Shown here: positions 11,136 to 23,857 of the stretch, one piece after another
Position numbering within the stretch: position 1 is the first letter of the stretch
Layout: every line of letters begins with the position of its first letter
Source: Ranitomeya imitator
Lineage: Eukaryota
Direction: 5' to 3'
NCBI RefSeq assembly: GCF_032444005.1
Contig: NC_091291.1
Coordinates: 134,168,001-134,232,000, forward strand
Length of the DNA stretch: 64,000 nt
Notes under the pieces: model-generated
The model's database searches: none
What the model was told of the DNA's origin: nothing
What the model saw: the letters and a program-made list of their open reading frames with translations, nothing else
Made by a program: the position numbers and the translations under genes

Positions 11136-12274
11136 GTACGTTCACTGGAATCTCCCGCCTTCCCAGTCTCTGTCCGTTTTGCTGTCCGGGTAAATAAATG
11201 AGAACCTGTGTGATCTGTGAGTCCCACCATCATTGCCAGGGAGGCGAAACAAAAGCAGATCAAGCCGTTTGCTTTAGCAGCACCAGGGACAATACCGAGA
11301 CTATGAACACTGGCAGGGAAATGGGACATTTGGCCCGACACCGGCATTCCTACCATTTACAGATGAGGGGCTCCGGTCTGGATCTTTAACATGCTCAGTC
11401 AATTATCATTTCTGCTTAGAAAGCGCGGGGGGCACCGCGGCGGCCACATGGGCTCACAGGGGATCGGACTTGGCGCTCTGATGAAAGGCTGTGACATTAA
11501 ATAACATCACCCAACTCATTACCGAGGAATCCCGGAACATCCATGGTAGAATACACGGCCTCTTACTAATATCTTACTACTAATATCTGACTAATCTCTT
11601 ACTACTAATATCTTACTACTAATATCTTACTCCGTGTTCCCAACTTTGTAATGACATCTCACTTTTCACATTTTTGTCCTTTCACGGCAGAGAGTCGCTC
11701 TGATAAAACCTTACACTTTGCACGGTAAACGTCCCCTTCGAGGTTGTGTCACGTTTGCTCTTGTTTTTCCAGAACACACGATGTAAACAGGGATCCAGTA
11801 CGGGACACGGCAGCGGACGGGGACAGGACTGCGCTAACGTCCTCTGAAGAATGCAAAGTCATCTCAGTAAAATGTCACTGCCCCGGCGCGGTCTATGCCA
11901 GCGGCCAAGCGGAGCCCAAACAGCTGCCGCACTATTAATACCCCCTACACCGCCACAGTCACTGGGCCAAACAGGCAAGAATCTCATGACAATCGTCATG
12001 AAAGTTAAAAGTAACGGCGAGTTTAAGAAACTTTGTAACATATCTTATCAAGGAAAACTTGCTTATTTCTCATTTATGAGGCCTTTCTATCCCCCCGCCA
12101 ACTCCTGAACTCTTCATCCACTCTCAAACCTGATAAAATATGTCTTGCTCAAAGTAAGACGTACTGGCAGATGACGTAAGGGGGGAGCAGGAAGGAGGAG
12201 AAGAGTGAGAAAGGGGCAAAGAGACACATAGATTATGCTGCTTCTTTCTAGTGTCTTATCGCACCCCTAAAGCT

Positions 12275-12735
12275 TGAATCACATCTATACTGCTCAGTTC
12301 TGCTGTATAATATTTACTGTTTCAGAGCCTGAATCATATCTACACTGCTCAGTTCTGCTGTATAATATTTATTTTATCAGAGCCTGAATAACATCTACAC
12401 TGCTCAGTTCTGCTGTATACTTATTGTATCAAAGCTTCAATCACATCTACACTGCTCAGTTCTGCTGTATATTATTGTATCGGAGCCTGAATCAAGTCTA
12501 CACTGCTCTGTTCTACTGTATATCTGTTGTATCGGTCTGAATCACATCTACACTGCTCAGTTCTGCTGCCTAATATTTGTTATATCAGAGCCTGAATCAC
12601 ATCTACACTGCTCAGTTCTGCTGTATATTTGCTACATCAGAACATGAATCACACCTACACTGCTCAATTCTGCTGTCTAAAATTTCTGTTGTATCAGAGC
12701 CTGGATGACATCTACACTGCTCAGTTCTGCTGCAT
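12275..12735. repeat. ~52-58-bp degenerate tandem repeat
   Basis: About 9 copies of CAGAGCCTGAATCACATCTACACTGCTCAGTTCTGCTGTATA plus a variable AT-rich linker. Confidence 0.85.
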
Positions 12736-13794
12736 ATTTATGTTGCTGCTGCTTCTGAACCTGTTTTATAATAACATTAAAATCCTCTTTGATAAAAGAA
12801 TCTGCAGCTTTGTACTATACTTTTTTTTTTTAAAGGGAATCTGTCACCCCCTGGACAATTTTTATCTATTACTACAGGCATACACGTAATTGAATGGTTA
12901 AACCAGTCCTACCTGTATGCCTTATAGCTGTGGAGCAGATATTGAGAAATTGATTTAGCATCTTTTATATTAATGATTTCTTCCAGGCTCTGGGGCGTGC
13001 AGTGCCTGGTAGAGATCACTGCCTCCTCACTTCATTATACTATCACCCCCCCCCCCCCTATCAGCTTCATACTGACCTGGTCGGCGGTGTAATCCTGCGC
13101 ATGCACTGTGCAATCATGAGAATACAGAAGATAAATTCAGACACTTCCCATACAGTGCCCACCATAGTGCGGGCTCAGCACCTAAGCCTGCTCTATACTT
13201 CCTGCACCCGACCTGTGACCAAAATGTACATCACAGGTCAATAAGAGGTTAAGATAAAATGTTCCAAGGTGCTACTGAACAGGTCGGTATTACTGCTGGA
13301 TACATTAGTTTTACAAGGAGGCACATTGGTTTGTTTCCCAAAAATAAAGCTACAAGGCGATGTCAACAAAGGATGCCACGGCAGATGTGAAGTGACAGCT
13401 CGATATACAGGTGTATGGCCGCGTCCCAGGGTCTATATATAAAAAAGCCTGTGCAAGAATCCAGCATTGCTGTCTCTTTATAGCTAGAGCTGGCACAATG
13501 TCCGCTGCTCGGAGCCAGCGGCTGGAATGGTGACCACATTTTCTGCATATTTATAAATGTGTTTATGATGAAGTGATCTTTATATAAGACCCAAGATAAT
13601 TACAACTATTATACCAGTGAAAACCAGATTATTAGCAAAATCTGCAAACTTTCTGATGTTTGCAATAAAACAAACAATGGAAATCGCTCAACACAAGTAA
13701 TATAACCAGTGCTTTCTCTAAATTCAGCACAAAATGTTACATTTAATCTCTCAGGATTATTCAGTATATTTAGTACTTAGTAGAGCCCTTCTAG

Positions 13795-14385
13795 TTGTTA
13801 TGACCTGATGCCCCTCTGGCTGTTATGACCTGCTGCCCCTCTGGCTGTTATAACGTGCTGCCCCTCTGGCTGTTATGACCTACTGCCCCTCTGGCTCTTC
13901 CAACGTGCTGCCCCTCTGGCTGTCATAAACTGATGCCCCTCTGGCTGTTATGACCTGATGCCCCTCTGGCTGTTATGACCTGATGCCCCTCTGGCTGTTA
14001 TGACCTGCTGCCCCTCTGGCTGTTATGACCTGCTGCCCCTCTGGCTGTTATAACCTGCTGCCCCTCTGGCTGTTATGACCTGATGCCCCTCTGGCTGTTA
14101 TGACCTGATGCCCCTCTGGCTGTTATGACCTGATGCCTCTCTAGCTGTTATGACCTGCTGCCCTTCTGGTTGTTATGACCTGATGGCCCTCTGGCTGTTA
14201 TGACCTCATGCCCCTCTGGCTGTTATGACCTGCTGCCCCTCTGGCTGCAATGACCTGATGCCTCTCTAGCTGTTATGACCTGCTGCCCCTCTGGCTGTTA
14301 TGACCTCATGCCCCTCTGGCTGTTATGCCCTGCTGCCTTTCTGGCTGTTATGCCCTGATGCCCTTCTGGCGGTTATGACCTGATG
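13795..14385. repeat. 25-bp minisatellite
   Basis: Unit GTTATGACCTG(A/C)TGCCCCTCTGGCT, period 25 (13981/14006/14031). Confidence 0.95.
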
Positions 14386-15675
14386 CAAAAATGATACATA
14401 GCCAGACCCCAGTGTGTTGATACCTCAGGAATCTCATGAGCAATGATCTCCAGGTCACTAATATCTGTGGGTGGTCGAAAAAGTTAAGAGAAGAGATTAC
14501 CTTGCAGAAACAACAAGAAAGACACAAAGTCATTGAATGATCCCAGGGGTCTAAGGGGTATCGTTTCTCCTTATGGAGAGTGACATACCATCTCTGGCTT
14601 GTCAAGGTAAGGAGGCTTATTCGCCGTGCAATGCTCCTCTGGGAAATATAATATGCAAATTGCCTCTTCTGAGAAACAGAGGACTTAAACTCTATAGCGC
14701 CACCTGTTGGAAGTAGCGATCCTACAAGTGATCCAGGCGGAAGCAGAGGTCACAAACTCAATGTGGAAGTTACAGAATAAACGGATAATGTACAGTATAA
14801 CTGCTTATAGATCCTTTAGGGGGCTACATTACCAGGACAACCCATAACATTTTGCTTTATTGGGGGATATAGATGTCATAGGGGACCCCCAGAGTGTGGG
14901 GCCTCTATAAATACAGCTCTCAGTTTGCACCGGGCTGTTGTGATTAGATCACCCCTTTAACACTTGTCGTACTGTGCATCCCTACAAGTGTTAGTATTCG
15001 GCGCCCCTGAGGTCACCCTTCACACCCTGGAGGTCACCCTGTTTTTTATTATCTTATAACATTGGCAGCTGTTTAAAAAAAAAATGTGTAAAAGTTGAAC
15101 AACTTGTACAAGTTTGGCTGAATGTGCCAGAATCTTGGCAGGAAACAATGTCTCCTCTGTTGCCCGTGTTTATTTCTGTTCCCGCAGCGCATTCCAAGTG
15201 GAGAAACATCCCAAGGTCGTGTGATCACTTTAGTTTCCCCGGAGAAGTTTGTCATTTTCACACGTAGGGAAATATACAATGTCCGTATAACGCGGCTCTC
15301 GCTGAACACAGGGATGTAATGGCGGTCACCGCTAGACATCACGATGGTCAATTCCAAAGGGTTAGACTGAGGAATAGCATCCTCTGCTGCATTAACCTTC
15401 AGAGAGCGCTCAGGAGCTGCGCTCCCTCTACAAAAGCCTCTAATAAAAAATAAACATGTTTGGTACTGCCACGTACAAAAAGTCAGATCTGTCAAAATAT
15501 AAAATGACTTAAATCAGAAAAAAATTGCAATTTTTCAGTCTTTGCTCCTCAAAATCCTATAAAGCTATCAAAAAGGCACCAATAAAAAATGTAACTAAAT
15601 AAAGACCTCAGAAAACGGTGACAAATTTAAAAAAAAAAAAAATTCACCACTAAGATAAAAAACTGGACAAGTTTA

Positions 15676-15998
15676 CTAGATGGTGGCCCGATTCTAACGC
15701 ATCAGGTATTCTAGAATATTTATGTAGTTTATTTACGAAGATTTAAGAATAATGAAGTTAATACACAGGATTTTCCAGGTAAAATATATACATTATCAGT
15801 GACGCGGGGTTTAAATCCCCCGCCAATATCACTGATTGGTTGCGGCCGGCCGGGCGCGACCAATCAGCGAGGCGTGGTTCAAATCCTGTGCCAATTCGTG
15901 GCCAGACTGCACCTGTCGCTGATTGGTCGCGGGCAGCTGGCGAGACCAATCAGCGATTTCCGTTACAGACAGACAGAATTAGACGATTATATAGTAGA
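15676..15998 (-). mobile_element. Short non-autonomous Helitron
   Basis: On the minus strand it starts TCTACTATATAATCGTC and ends with a CC(C/T)GAT..ATCGGG hairpin, 7 nt, then CTAG|T. Confidence 0.7.
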
Positions 15999-17540
15999 CT
16001 AGATGGTAGCCCGATTCTAACGCATCGGGTATTCTAGAATATGTATGTAGTTTATTTATGAAGATTTTAGAATAATACATTGAATACACAGGATTCGGCC
16101 AACCGCGACCAATTAGCGAAGCGTGGTTCAAATACTGCGCCAATTCGCGGCCGGACTGCGTCTGTCGCTGATTGCTCGCGGCTGGCCACGTAGTATATAG
16201 CACAACCACGTAGTATATAACAGCCCACGTAGTAAATAGCACAGCCACGTAGTATATAACACAGCCCACGGAGTATATAGCACAGCGCACGGAGTGTATA
16301 ACAGCCCACATAGCATATAACGCAGCCACGTAGTTTGTAACAGCCCACGTAGCATATAACACAGCTTACGTAGTATATAACAGCCCACGCATGCAGTATA
16401 TAACACAGCCCACGTAGTGTATAACACAGCACACATACTATAAAACACAGCCCACGTAGTGTATAACAGCCCACGTAGTGTATAACACAGCCCACGTAGT
16501 GTATAACACAGCCCATGTAGTGTATAACACAGCCCACGTAGTGTATAACAGTCCACGTAGTGTATAACAGTCCACGTAGTGTATAACACAGCCCACATAG
16601 TATATAGCACAGCCCACGTAGTATATTGCACAGCCACGTAGTATATTGCACAGCCACGTAGTATATTGTACAGCCACATAGCATATTGCACAGCCCACGT
16701 AGTATATAGCATAGCCCACTTAGTATATAACACAGCCCACGTAGTATATAACACAGCCCACGTAGTATATTGCACAGCCACGTAGTATATTGCACAGCCA
16801 TGTAGCATATTGCACAGCCCACGTAGTATATTGCACAGCCCACGTAGTATATTGCACAGTCACGTAGCATATTGCACAGCCCACATAGTATATTGCACAG
16901 CCCACGTAGTATATTGCACAGCCCACTCAGTATATAACACAGCCCACGCAGTATATAACACAGCCCACATAGTATATAGCAATGTGGGCATCATGTTATT
17001 CTCTCCCTCACAGACTGTCCTCCATGTTATTCTCTCCCTCACAGACTGTCCCCCATGTTATTCTCTCCCTCACAGACTGCCCCCCCCCCATGTTATTCTC
17101 ACCCTCACAGGCTGTCCTCCATGTTATTGTCACCCTCACACACTGTCCTCCATGTTATTCTCTCCCTCACACACGGTCCTCCATGTTACTTTCTCCCTCA
17201 CACACTGTCCTCCATGTTATTTTCTCCCTCACAGACTGTCCTCCATGTTAGTCTCTTCCTCAGAGACTGTCCTCCATGTTATTCTCTCCCTCAGACTGTC
17301 CTTTATGTTGTTCTCTCCCTCACAGACTGTCCTCCATGTTATTCTCTCCCTCACAGAGTGTCCTCCATGTTATTCTCTTTCTCACAGACTGTCCTCCGTG
17401 TTATTCTCTCCCTCACAGACTGTCCTCCATGCTATTCTCGTTCTAGTATATGTTTGTAGTTTATTTATGAACACCGATTGGTCAAGGCTGGCCAGGCAAG
17501 ACCAATCAGTGACGCGGGATTTCAGTTACAGACAAACAGA
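15999..17540 (-). mobile_element. Non-autonomous Helitron carrying internal minisatellites (5' end approximate)
   Basis: Same 3' terminus (CCCGAT GCGTTAGA ATCGGG hairpin + CTAG). Contains ~20-bp TAGTATATAACACAGCCCACG array (~16190-16980) and a 31-bp array. Right end resembles the first copy (GGGATTTC.GTTACAGACA.ACAGA). Confidence 0.6.
16992..17435. repeat. ~31-bp minisatellite
   Basis: Unit CATGTTATTCTCTCCCTCACAGACTGTCCTC, period 31 (16992/17023). Confidence 0.9.
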
Positions 17541-17551
17541 CCCTTAGAAAA

Positions 17552-17596
<45 letters not shown>

Positions 17597-18796
17597 TGCA
17601 ATATTGAATCATTACAATATTTGATACAAGTAATGCTATGAATATTGTACAAAAAATATAGGAAAATGTAATAGAAATAGTTTCTAAAAATCTTTAAAAA
17701 AAAAAAAAAGTTTGAATCACACCCTCCCCTTTTCTACATCCAAAAATAAAGAGATTAAACAAAAAATAATGCATATTCAATATCAAGTTTGTCTATGAAA
17801 ATATAACATTATACAGAAAATAATTTAAAAAAAATTGAAACCTCAAAATTGCCATTTTTCGGCTGCTGAACTTTCCCAGAAATGCAATGTAAAGTGATCA
17901 AATATTACCAATAAAAAGTAAAAAGTATAGCTTGGCATGCAAAAAAACAAGTCCTCAAATAAAAAGGGTATGTGTCTCAGAAACCAGACACGAACCATTA
18001 TATTTTTCATTTTCCAAAAATTTGTTTAAACCACTAACATAGTAAAAAAAATGTTATAAAATAATAATTAAAAAATAAGTTTGCTATCGCTGTAATTGTC
18101 CTCATGTGGGAGATCAGGTTACTGAGTGAATTGTACCACACAATGAATGGCGTAAAGACGAAACACAAAAAAAATATGGAGGAATTGTTTTTTTTCATCA
18201 TTTTCTCCCACTTGGAATTTTTTTCTTTGTTTTTTTCAGTACGTTATATTTAAAACTGCACTAAAACTTTTCTAACGCTTGGAAAAAGTTGAAGAAAAAA
18301 AACAAAAGCAGAAAAATGAAAATTGGCCGAGTAAGTGTATGGGACCGTAGTGGGGTCCGCGCAACATCAAGCAGGTGGTTTTAATGTTACAGCAGTTATG
18401 TAACAGTAATGTGATATACAGCGATACAATACGGCATGTTGTATGCAGACGGAGATGGCGGAGAGGTCACAATACATATTTCTTCATCCCACTTCATAGA
18501 ACGTGGACCCGCAGAAGGGCAATGGGCCAGAGCTGGATTATTCAGGACTATGGCAGGAGGAATACGCTGCTCTCTGCGGCTGGGATCACACTATCAGCTG
18601 TCAGATCTCAGAATGAACTCATCCCTTGTCATGTCGCAGTACGGTAGCTGAAATGATCCTGCTGTCCGCTAATCCAATGTGCACAGAGAGATAATCAGCG
18701 TCTCTTACTTGCTGATCCGATGACTTGTCCAGAAAACAGAAGATTTGTCTTTTCTCATATCCTCCGTCTATCCGCTGAATGGGGGCAGACAGGCGT

Positions 18797-18890
18797 GCTG
18801 GGATAATGAAACCATCTGACAGCACTTTTCCAGAAAGTTCAATGTTGGGGTGTCGGGGAGGAGCACAGGAGCCACCACTCTGTATATAAG
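18797..18890 (+). promoter_or_regulatory. CRYAB proximal promoter: heat-shock element and TATA box
   Basis: TTC-CA-GAA-AG-TTC (perfect 3-unit HSE, 18828-18840); TATATAA at 18883-18889, 64 nt before the ATG. Confidence 0.8.
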
Positions 18891-18952
18891 GCCATTGGGT
18901 TTTGGTGCATGAACAGTTCTGTCTGACAGCTAACACTCAACGCCTGAAGAAC

Positions 18953-19144
18953 ATGGATGTGACAATCCAACATCCCTGGTTTCGCCGCCAATTTTTCTCC
19001 TTCTTTGGACCAAACAGGATCTTTGAACAGAGTTTTGGAGATCACCTTCAGGAGTCCGAACTCTTTCCCACCGCGCTGTCCCCTTTCTACTTCAAATATC
19101 CTTTCCTTAGACTTCCATCCTGGATAGAAAGCGGCTTCTCGGAG
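18953..19144 (+). CDS. CRYAB: Alpha-crystallin B chain (HSPB5), exon 1
   Basis: [64 protein letters not shown]; donor GAG|GTAATT, phase 0. Confidence 0.95.
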
Positions 19145-22100
19145 GTAATTCTCTGCTTGTTTTGTTCGTTTCCTGTGGTCCAATCTATAGGGACTAGCTG
19201 TGGTGAGACTACAACTCCCAGCATGTTCTGATAAGTCATCCAAGGATATGGGATAAGATTATGTAAAGAAAAAAGGAGTCAGAACGTCGAGGTTGGAAGT
19301 CGATAGATGAAGCTTTTATCTGTTTAGGTTCCGGAGGGTATGGCGGTAAAATATATGTTACTATCAGGGAGTAAAACGGCAATTAATCCTATAATAAAGG
19401 GACAAGGCGGATACAGCGAGGAGGGACTGAGGGTAAATATTTGCATTTTTTCTTTTGTAATGAATGGTTAGGAAAAAAGGTTTTAGGAGAAAATATTGGG
19501 GCATCTTACATGGGATCTAAGGACATTCCCTGCCCCTGAGGAATCACTATGCTAGAAGAACAATATCTGATATTCCAGCTGGATTTTTATTAGGAACCCT
19601 AGGGGTGCAACGTAAAACCAGCATTATGTAACAGCATATGGCGGTATTATTCTGGGATTTATGGGGCGGTATTGCTTTGGCTTTCCAAACATATTTTAGC
19701 ATAGGGTCTGCATAACCATAAAAATGTGTGATTTGATGGAGATTTGCGGTCACACGATTTTGGGAACGAGTCGTAAGTGGTTGTGGATTTACAACACCCA
19801 TTAGACGGGAAGAAAAAAAAATTAAATTGCAGAGAACTCGCAAGTGATTCATAGTCGCAGTAGCATGAGGTTTACAGTAACGTCTACGCAAAAGTGCAAC
19901 CAAAAATCTTGCAGGTTTGCAGCTAGCTGCATTATATGTCTTGCAAAGTGACCACATCCGCAATCAGCACTTGCGATGTTGTAATGTGACGCTTCATGTT
20001 GATCAACCAAAGTGGCTTTTTGTTATGTGGACACCATATGGAGTCAGTATTTGGATAGTATATTGCAGTATCATCAAGACTCCTGAGCTCATCTTTCACT
20101 TTTTAAAATGCTAAAATCCATCACGATCACAACTAAATGGACTGCCAGCTCACTGAGAGATCAGATTACAGCTGTTTACTGAAGTCTATGGAGAGAAGAG
20201 TAAGGGCAGATGTCATACACAGACTCTGATGCTTCTTTTTAGTAAGTGTTTGATCTCACCCCCAGAGTATTACACACCTGCCCTGGTTATCCTAAACTCC
20301 ACTTCCTTCCTCTGGGTTCGCTGCCCTTTGCTGTGCTCCAAGTTGGGTTTTACAGGCAGCCCGTAGTGGATCAATGATATCATCTCCCTAGACCTATTTA
20401 ATACACATTTAGACACCCACCTGTTTTTTTGGGATTGAGACTCTAGAGTTCCTTGTTTGGTTTACTCCATTACTCGTGCTTGCTGTGTTTTCAACTTGCA
20501 TTCATCCCTGCTGGATTCCACTTTGTCCGTCTTCCTTCTCCTGAGATTCAACTGTGTGCCAAGTCCTGGCTACCCATGTGCCTTCCTGCTTGCTGCATCA
20601 ACGCCCAGGGTCTGTGTGCTCACCTGGACCTGAGCCTCAGAGGTTCCACTGTACCTGTGGATTCAACACAGAGCAGGATTCACAGCTACACTGCTCAGTA
20701 CTGCTGCATAATGGTCTCCATACTGAGGCTTCTGGACGTGCTACATAGGAACAAGGGAACAGAAATTCCTCATGTCCCTCACACAGCACGCACAGACATC
20801 AGAAAAGCTACTCGCCTCCCTCTAGCTCAGAGAAAACTGAAAATTAGAGATATATCCTGCATTTTCACCAGTTGAGACTTATAAAAAAAATGTTTCCCTG
20901 TAAGATCACTGATATATCATTTCTTGTTTTGGTCTCTGTGTGGGATCAGAAGTCCTGTACATTCTCGTCCCACAGTAATAAATCAGTTGGCGCCGAGAGA
21001 TTTCCTTATTAATAAGTACATATCCCCTTACAGTACAGACATGTAGTCAACAGCTCTGCTCGACATGTAATTCGTTTTCCTTATGAAATGCAGAAACACG
21101 AGCCGTCGTACAGCGATGTTCCGGGAGATTGCGTTATGCAATCATGTTTGTTTTCAGGTTCTTGCATTTCCTCTTTGGAGCAGATGTTATTAGTTTGGGA
21201 TCTTCACTGGGGTCGCATTAATACCAATACTGTCCTGGTGCATCTCCTGACGGTCGTTAGCTGTCCCGCAGTGGTGACGTCCTAACTACCTTACATGACA
21301 CCAGCGGTCATGCGCAACCATCACCGCTGAGACCAGTGACTGACTGCAGCAGTCAGATGACCATAGTCGGAACAAGGCATCCATGAATGACCAACAGGAC
21401 CACCAAAGCGGCAGCATGGGGACTATACTTATGACTTTATTTCGGAAACCATCTGAGGGACGACCTAATGTTCCTGATCATGTCGCAAGGCTAGGACATT
21501 GGCCTTCAGGGTAGCTACCTTCAAAATCGGTGACACTAGAGAAATTTCTTTTGATCCAGGAGAGAGCATGGATGATTGCCAAAAAGACTCAACTTCTGAT
21601 TAATGGGCCAAGGGAGGTGAAAAAAAACTTGAAAAAAACTGTTACTTACCTGCCGGAATGGCGGCGCTCCACAGTACACAGCACTCAGTCAATCGCCGGT
21701 CTGTAGGGATCAACATTTGTTGGGTGCGTTACGTGAGCTCTAACGCCTCCTAGTAGAACAAACAGTACTGAGGTTGATCCAATCTGTCTGGTGGGACACG
21801 TTATGCTGAGTACAGAAGAGCGGCGCTGGTCGGAGAGGTGGCTATAAGGGGTTTTCCAGTAGTGGACAGCCCCTTTAAAGAGTCAGGTAGGTACAGCAGT
21901 ACTTAAATTATGCCTAAAAACAGACTCCATTATCCTGTACATAACCGGGAACCGGATGGTAAAAGCAACGTAGTCTTAACCACATCTGAAACTTTGGCTT
22001 TTCGAGGGTGTTCCTGGGGAGGTTGGGGGGTTGGCTTAGATGTCCTCAATATTGGGGAACATTTTGGTAAGTACAGTATGGTTAAACTATGTTTTAGTTC

Positions 22101-22216
22101 TGGGTTTTCAAATGTGAAGATATATTTTGGTGGAGATCCTCCATATTTAGCTGGTTGTCTAGGACCACTATCCTTTCGACCGCGGTTATAATAACATGTT
22201 CTATCGTCTTCCACAG

Positions 22217-22339
22217 ATGAGAATGGAAAAGGACAAGTTTTCTGTTAACCTCGATGTGAAACATTTCTCCCCAGAAGAGCTGAAGGTTAAAGTGATGGGA
22301 GATTTCATTGAAATCCATGGAAAGCATGAGGAGCGTCCG
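22217..22339 (+). CDS. CRYAB: Alpha-crystallin B chain, exon 2
   Basis: Acceptor CCACAG|; [41 protein letters not shown] (123 nt); donor CCG|GTAATA. Confidence 0.95.
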
Positions 22340-23384
22340 GTAATAATTGGGATTCCTCCAGTTGGACCCTTCTTTACTTGGCTTTGATGACACTTGCACT
22401 ACATTACTCTCTATTTCGATTTCCGTCAAGCTTTGTTGTAATTTTTGATCGCAATATTATTGCCGTCAAATTTAGCAGAACCAATAAAAGTCAAATTGTT
22501 TTTTTCTGAGAGTCCATTTAGAGCCATTATAAAGATCTTCCACCATAGTTGGTGCTTGTTGTCCTCCCTCTGTAAGCGATTCCTCCTATCCACCAAGTGA
22601 CCCACCTGTCGTGCGAGGCGGAAGAAGTCTGAAGCAAGGCTGTTCCCATGGTTTTTTGGTGCAACAAAATCCATAATTATGGAGCATTTAGCTAAGTAAA
22701 TGCCTCTTTAGAATTACTAGTCCATGGCTGGTAGCTATAGCACAAGCCATCATTAGTATGGAGGTTCCATGACCATAGTCCATTTTTCTTGGCCTGGGAA
22801 TCATCATGCCCCTTTGTCCATTCCCAATGATGGAGCATCTTAGCTTCACGCAGTAGAAACCTTCTGTAAACGATGGTTTCTGAAGGTTTCAGAGACTTCC
22901 GGGAGAGCTGCCAACTCCTCCAGGAGCACCGGAGGTCTTCCCTTTCTCCATGAGCCTTCTAAATGTTCTAGCAGAGTTGAGAAGTTTCCTAGTTAGGTGG
23001 CAGACAAAAGGTTAAAAGTGGCCTCACATTTTTAAGTGTTTCCAGCTAAAAGCCTAGACAAATGCCATACATATCTCCCTTAAAAAATGATTGGGCATGT
23101 TGACTTGAAACATGCGTGATACTATTCTCCTCTTGAAAGTCAGCTGAACTTTGAAGATTAAGAACCCCAATGTAAAATGTCCAGCAGTGCCCCCAAATAT
23201 TACAGGTCTTCAATAGTGCAAGTCTTCTTCTTTTGGTCCCCCCCCCCTAGACTCCGCAACTAGGCGAGACTGCAACTTCTACACCCCCAATAGATGGCAG
23301 GTCTTGCTGAAATCTAATATGTATGGTCACTTTGCGTCAATGTTATCCATTAATCCTACGACTGGCTATTCTCTCACTTCCCAG

Positions 23385-23588
23385 GATGAACACGGCTATG
23401 TTTCCAGAGACTTCCAGCGTAGATATAAAATCCCCGTGGATGTTGATCCTCTCTCCGTCACCTCATCCTTGTCCTCAGATGGAGTCCTGACCGTAACTGG
23501 ACCAAGAAAACTGGCTGACGTTCCTGAGCGCTCCATCCCCATCACCCGTGAAGAGAAGGTGGCCATTGGTGCAGCTCCCAAAAAGTAG
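23385..23588 (+). CDS. CRYAB: Alpha-crystallin B chain, exon 3
   Basis: Acceptor CCCAG|; [57 protein letters not shown] (IPI motif). Total protein 172 aa. Confidence 0.97.
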   Translation, partial: DEHGYVSRDFQRRYKIPVDVDPLSVTSSLSSDGVLTVTGPRKLADVPERSIPITREEKVAIGAAPKK

Positions 23589-23711
23589 AATCTCTCAGCA
23601 TCTCCAGCTAGAGGAGACACCTTTTCACCCTGCCAGAGAGAGTGCGCGCGTACTACACTGCTACATGTATTTATTTGTGCTGTCCTGTGACCAAACCAAA
23701 TTACTAATGAG

Positions 23712-23717
23712 AATAAA
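23712..23717 (+). terminator. Probable CRYAB polyadenylation signal
   Basis: First AATAAA, 124 nt after the stop codon. Confidence 0.65.
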
Positions 23718-23857
23718 GGTAAAGAGAAGCATCTGCAAGTGGCTTATTACCGATGAATTCATCGCACCAGTCAGAAGGGACCCAGGATGTTTTATGCAAT
23801 TTAATAACCTGATAGTCCATTCAACTGCAGCTCACAAAACATAAGAAAATACATGAA

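Noticed and set aside
8274-11201. Many 150-420-aa overlapping ORFs on both strands
   Set aside because: Products of the 25-bp array.
11770-11940. Acceptor-like TTTTTCCAG followed by a GC-rich open stretch, as a possible exon
   Set aside because: No recognisable homology, no convincing donor, and no + strand gene to attach it to.
15073-15495. 140-aa minus-strand ORF with ITRPWDVSPLGMR, faintly like the sHSP LPADVDP motif, as an HSPB2 remnant
   Set aside because: No other alpha-crystallin-domain motif (LDVxHF, HGFVSREF, SxDGxL) in any frame examined. An HMMER PF00011 search would settle it.
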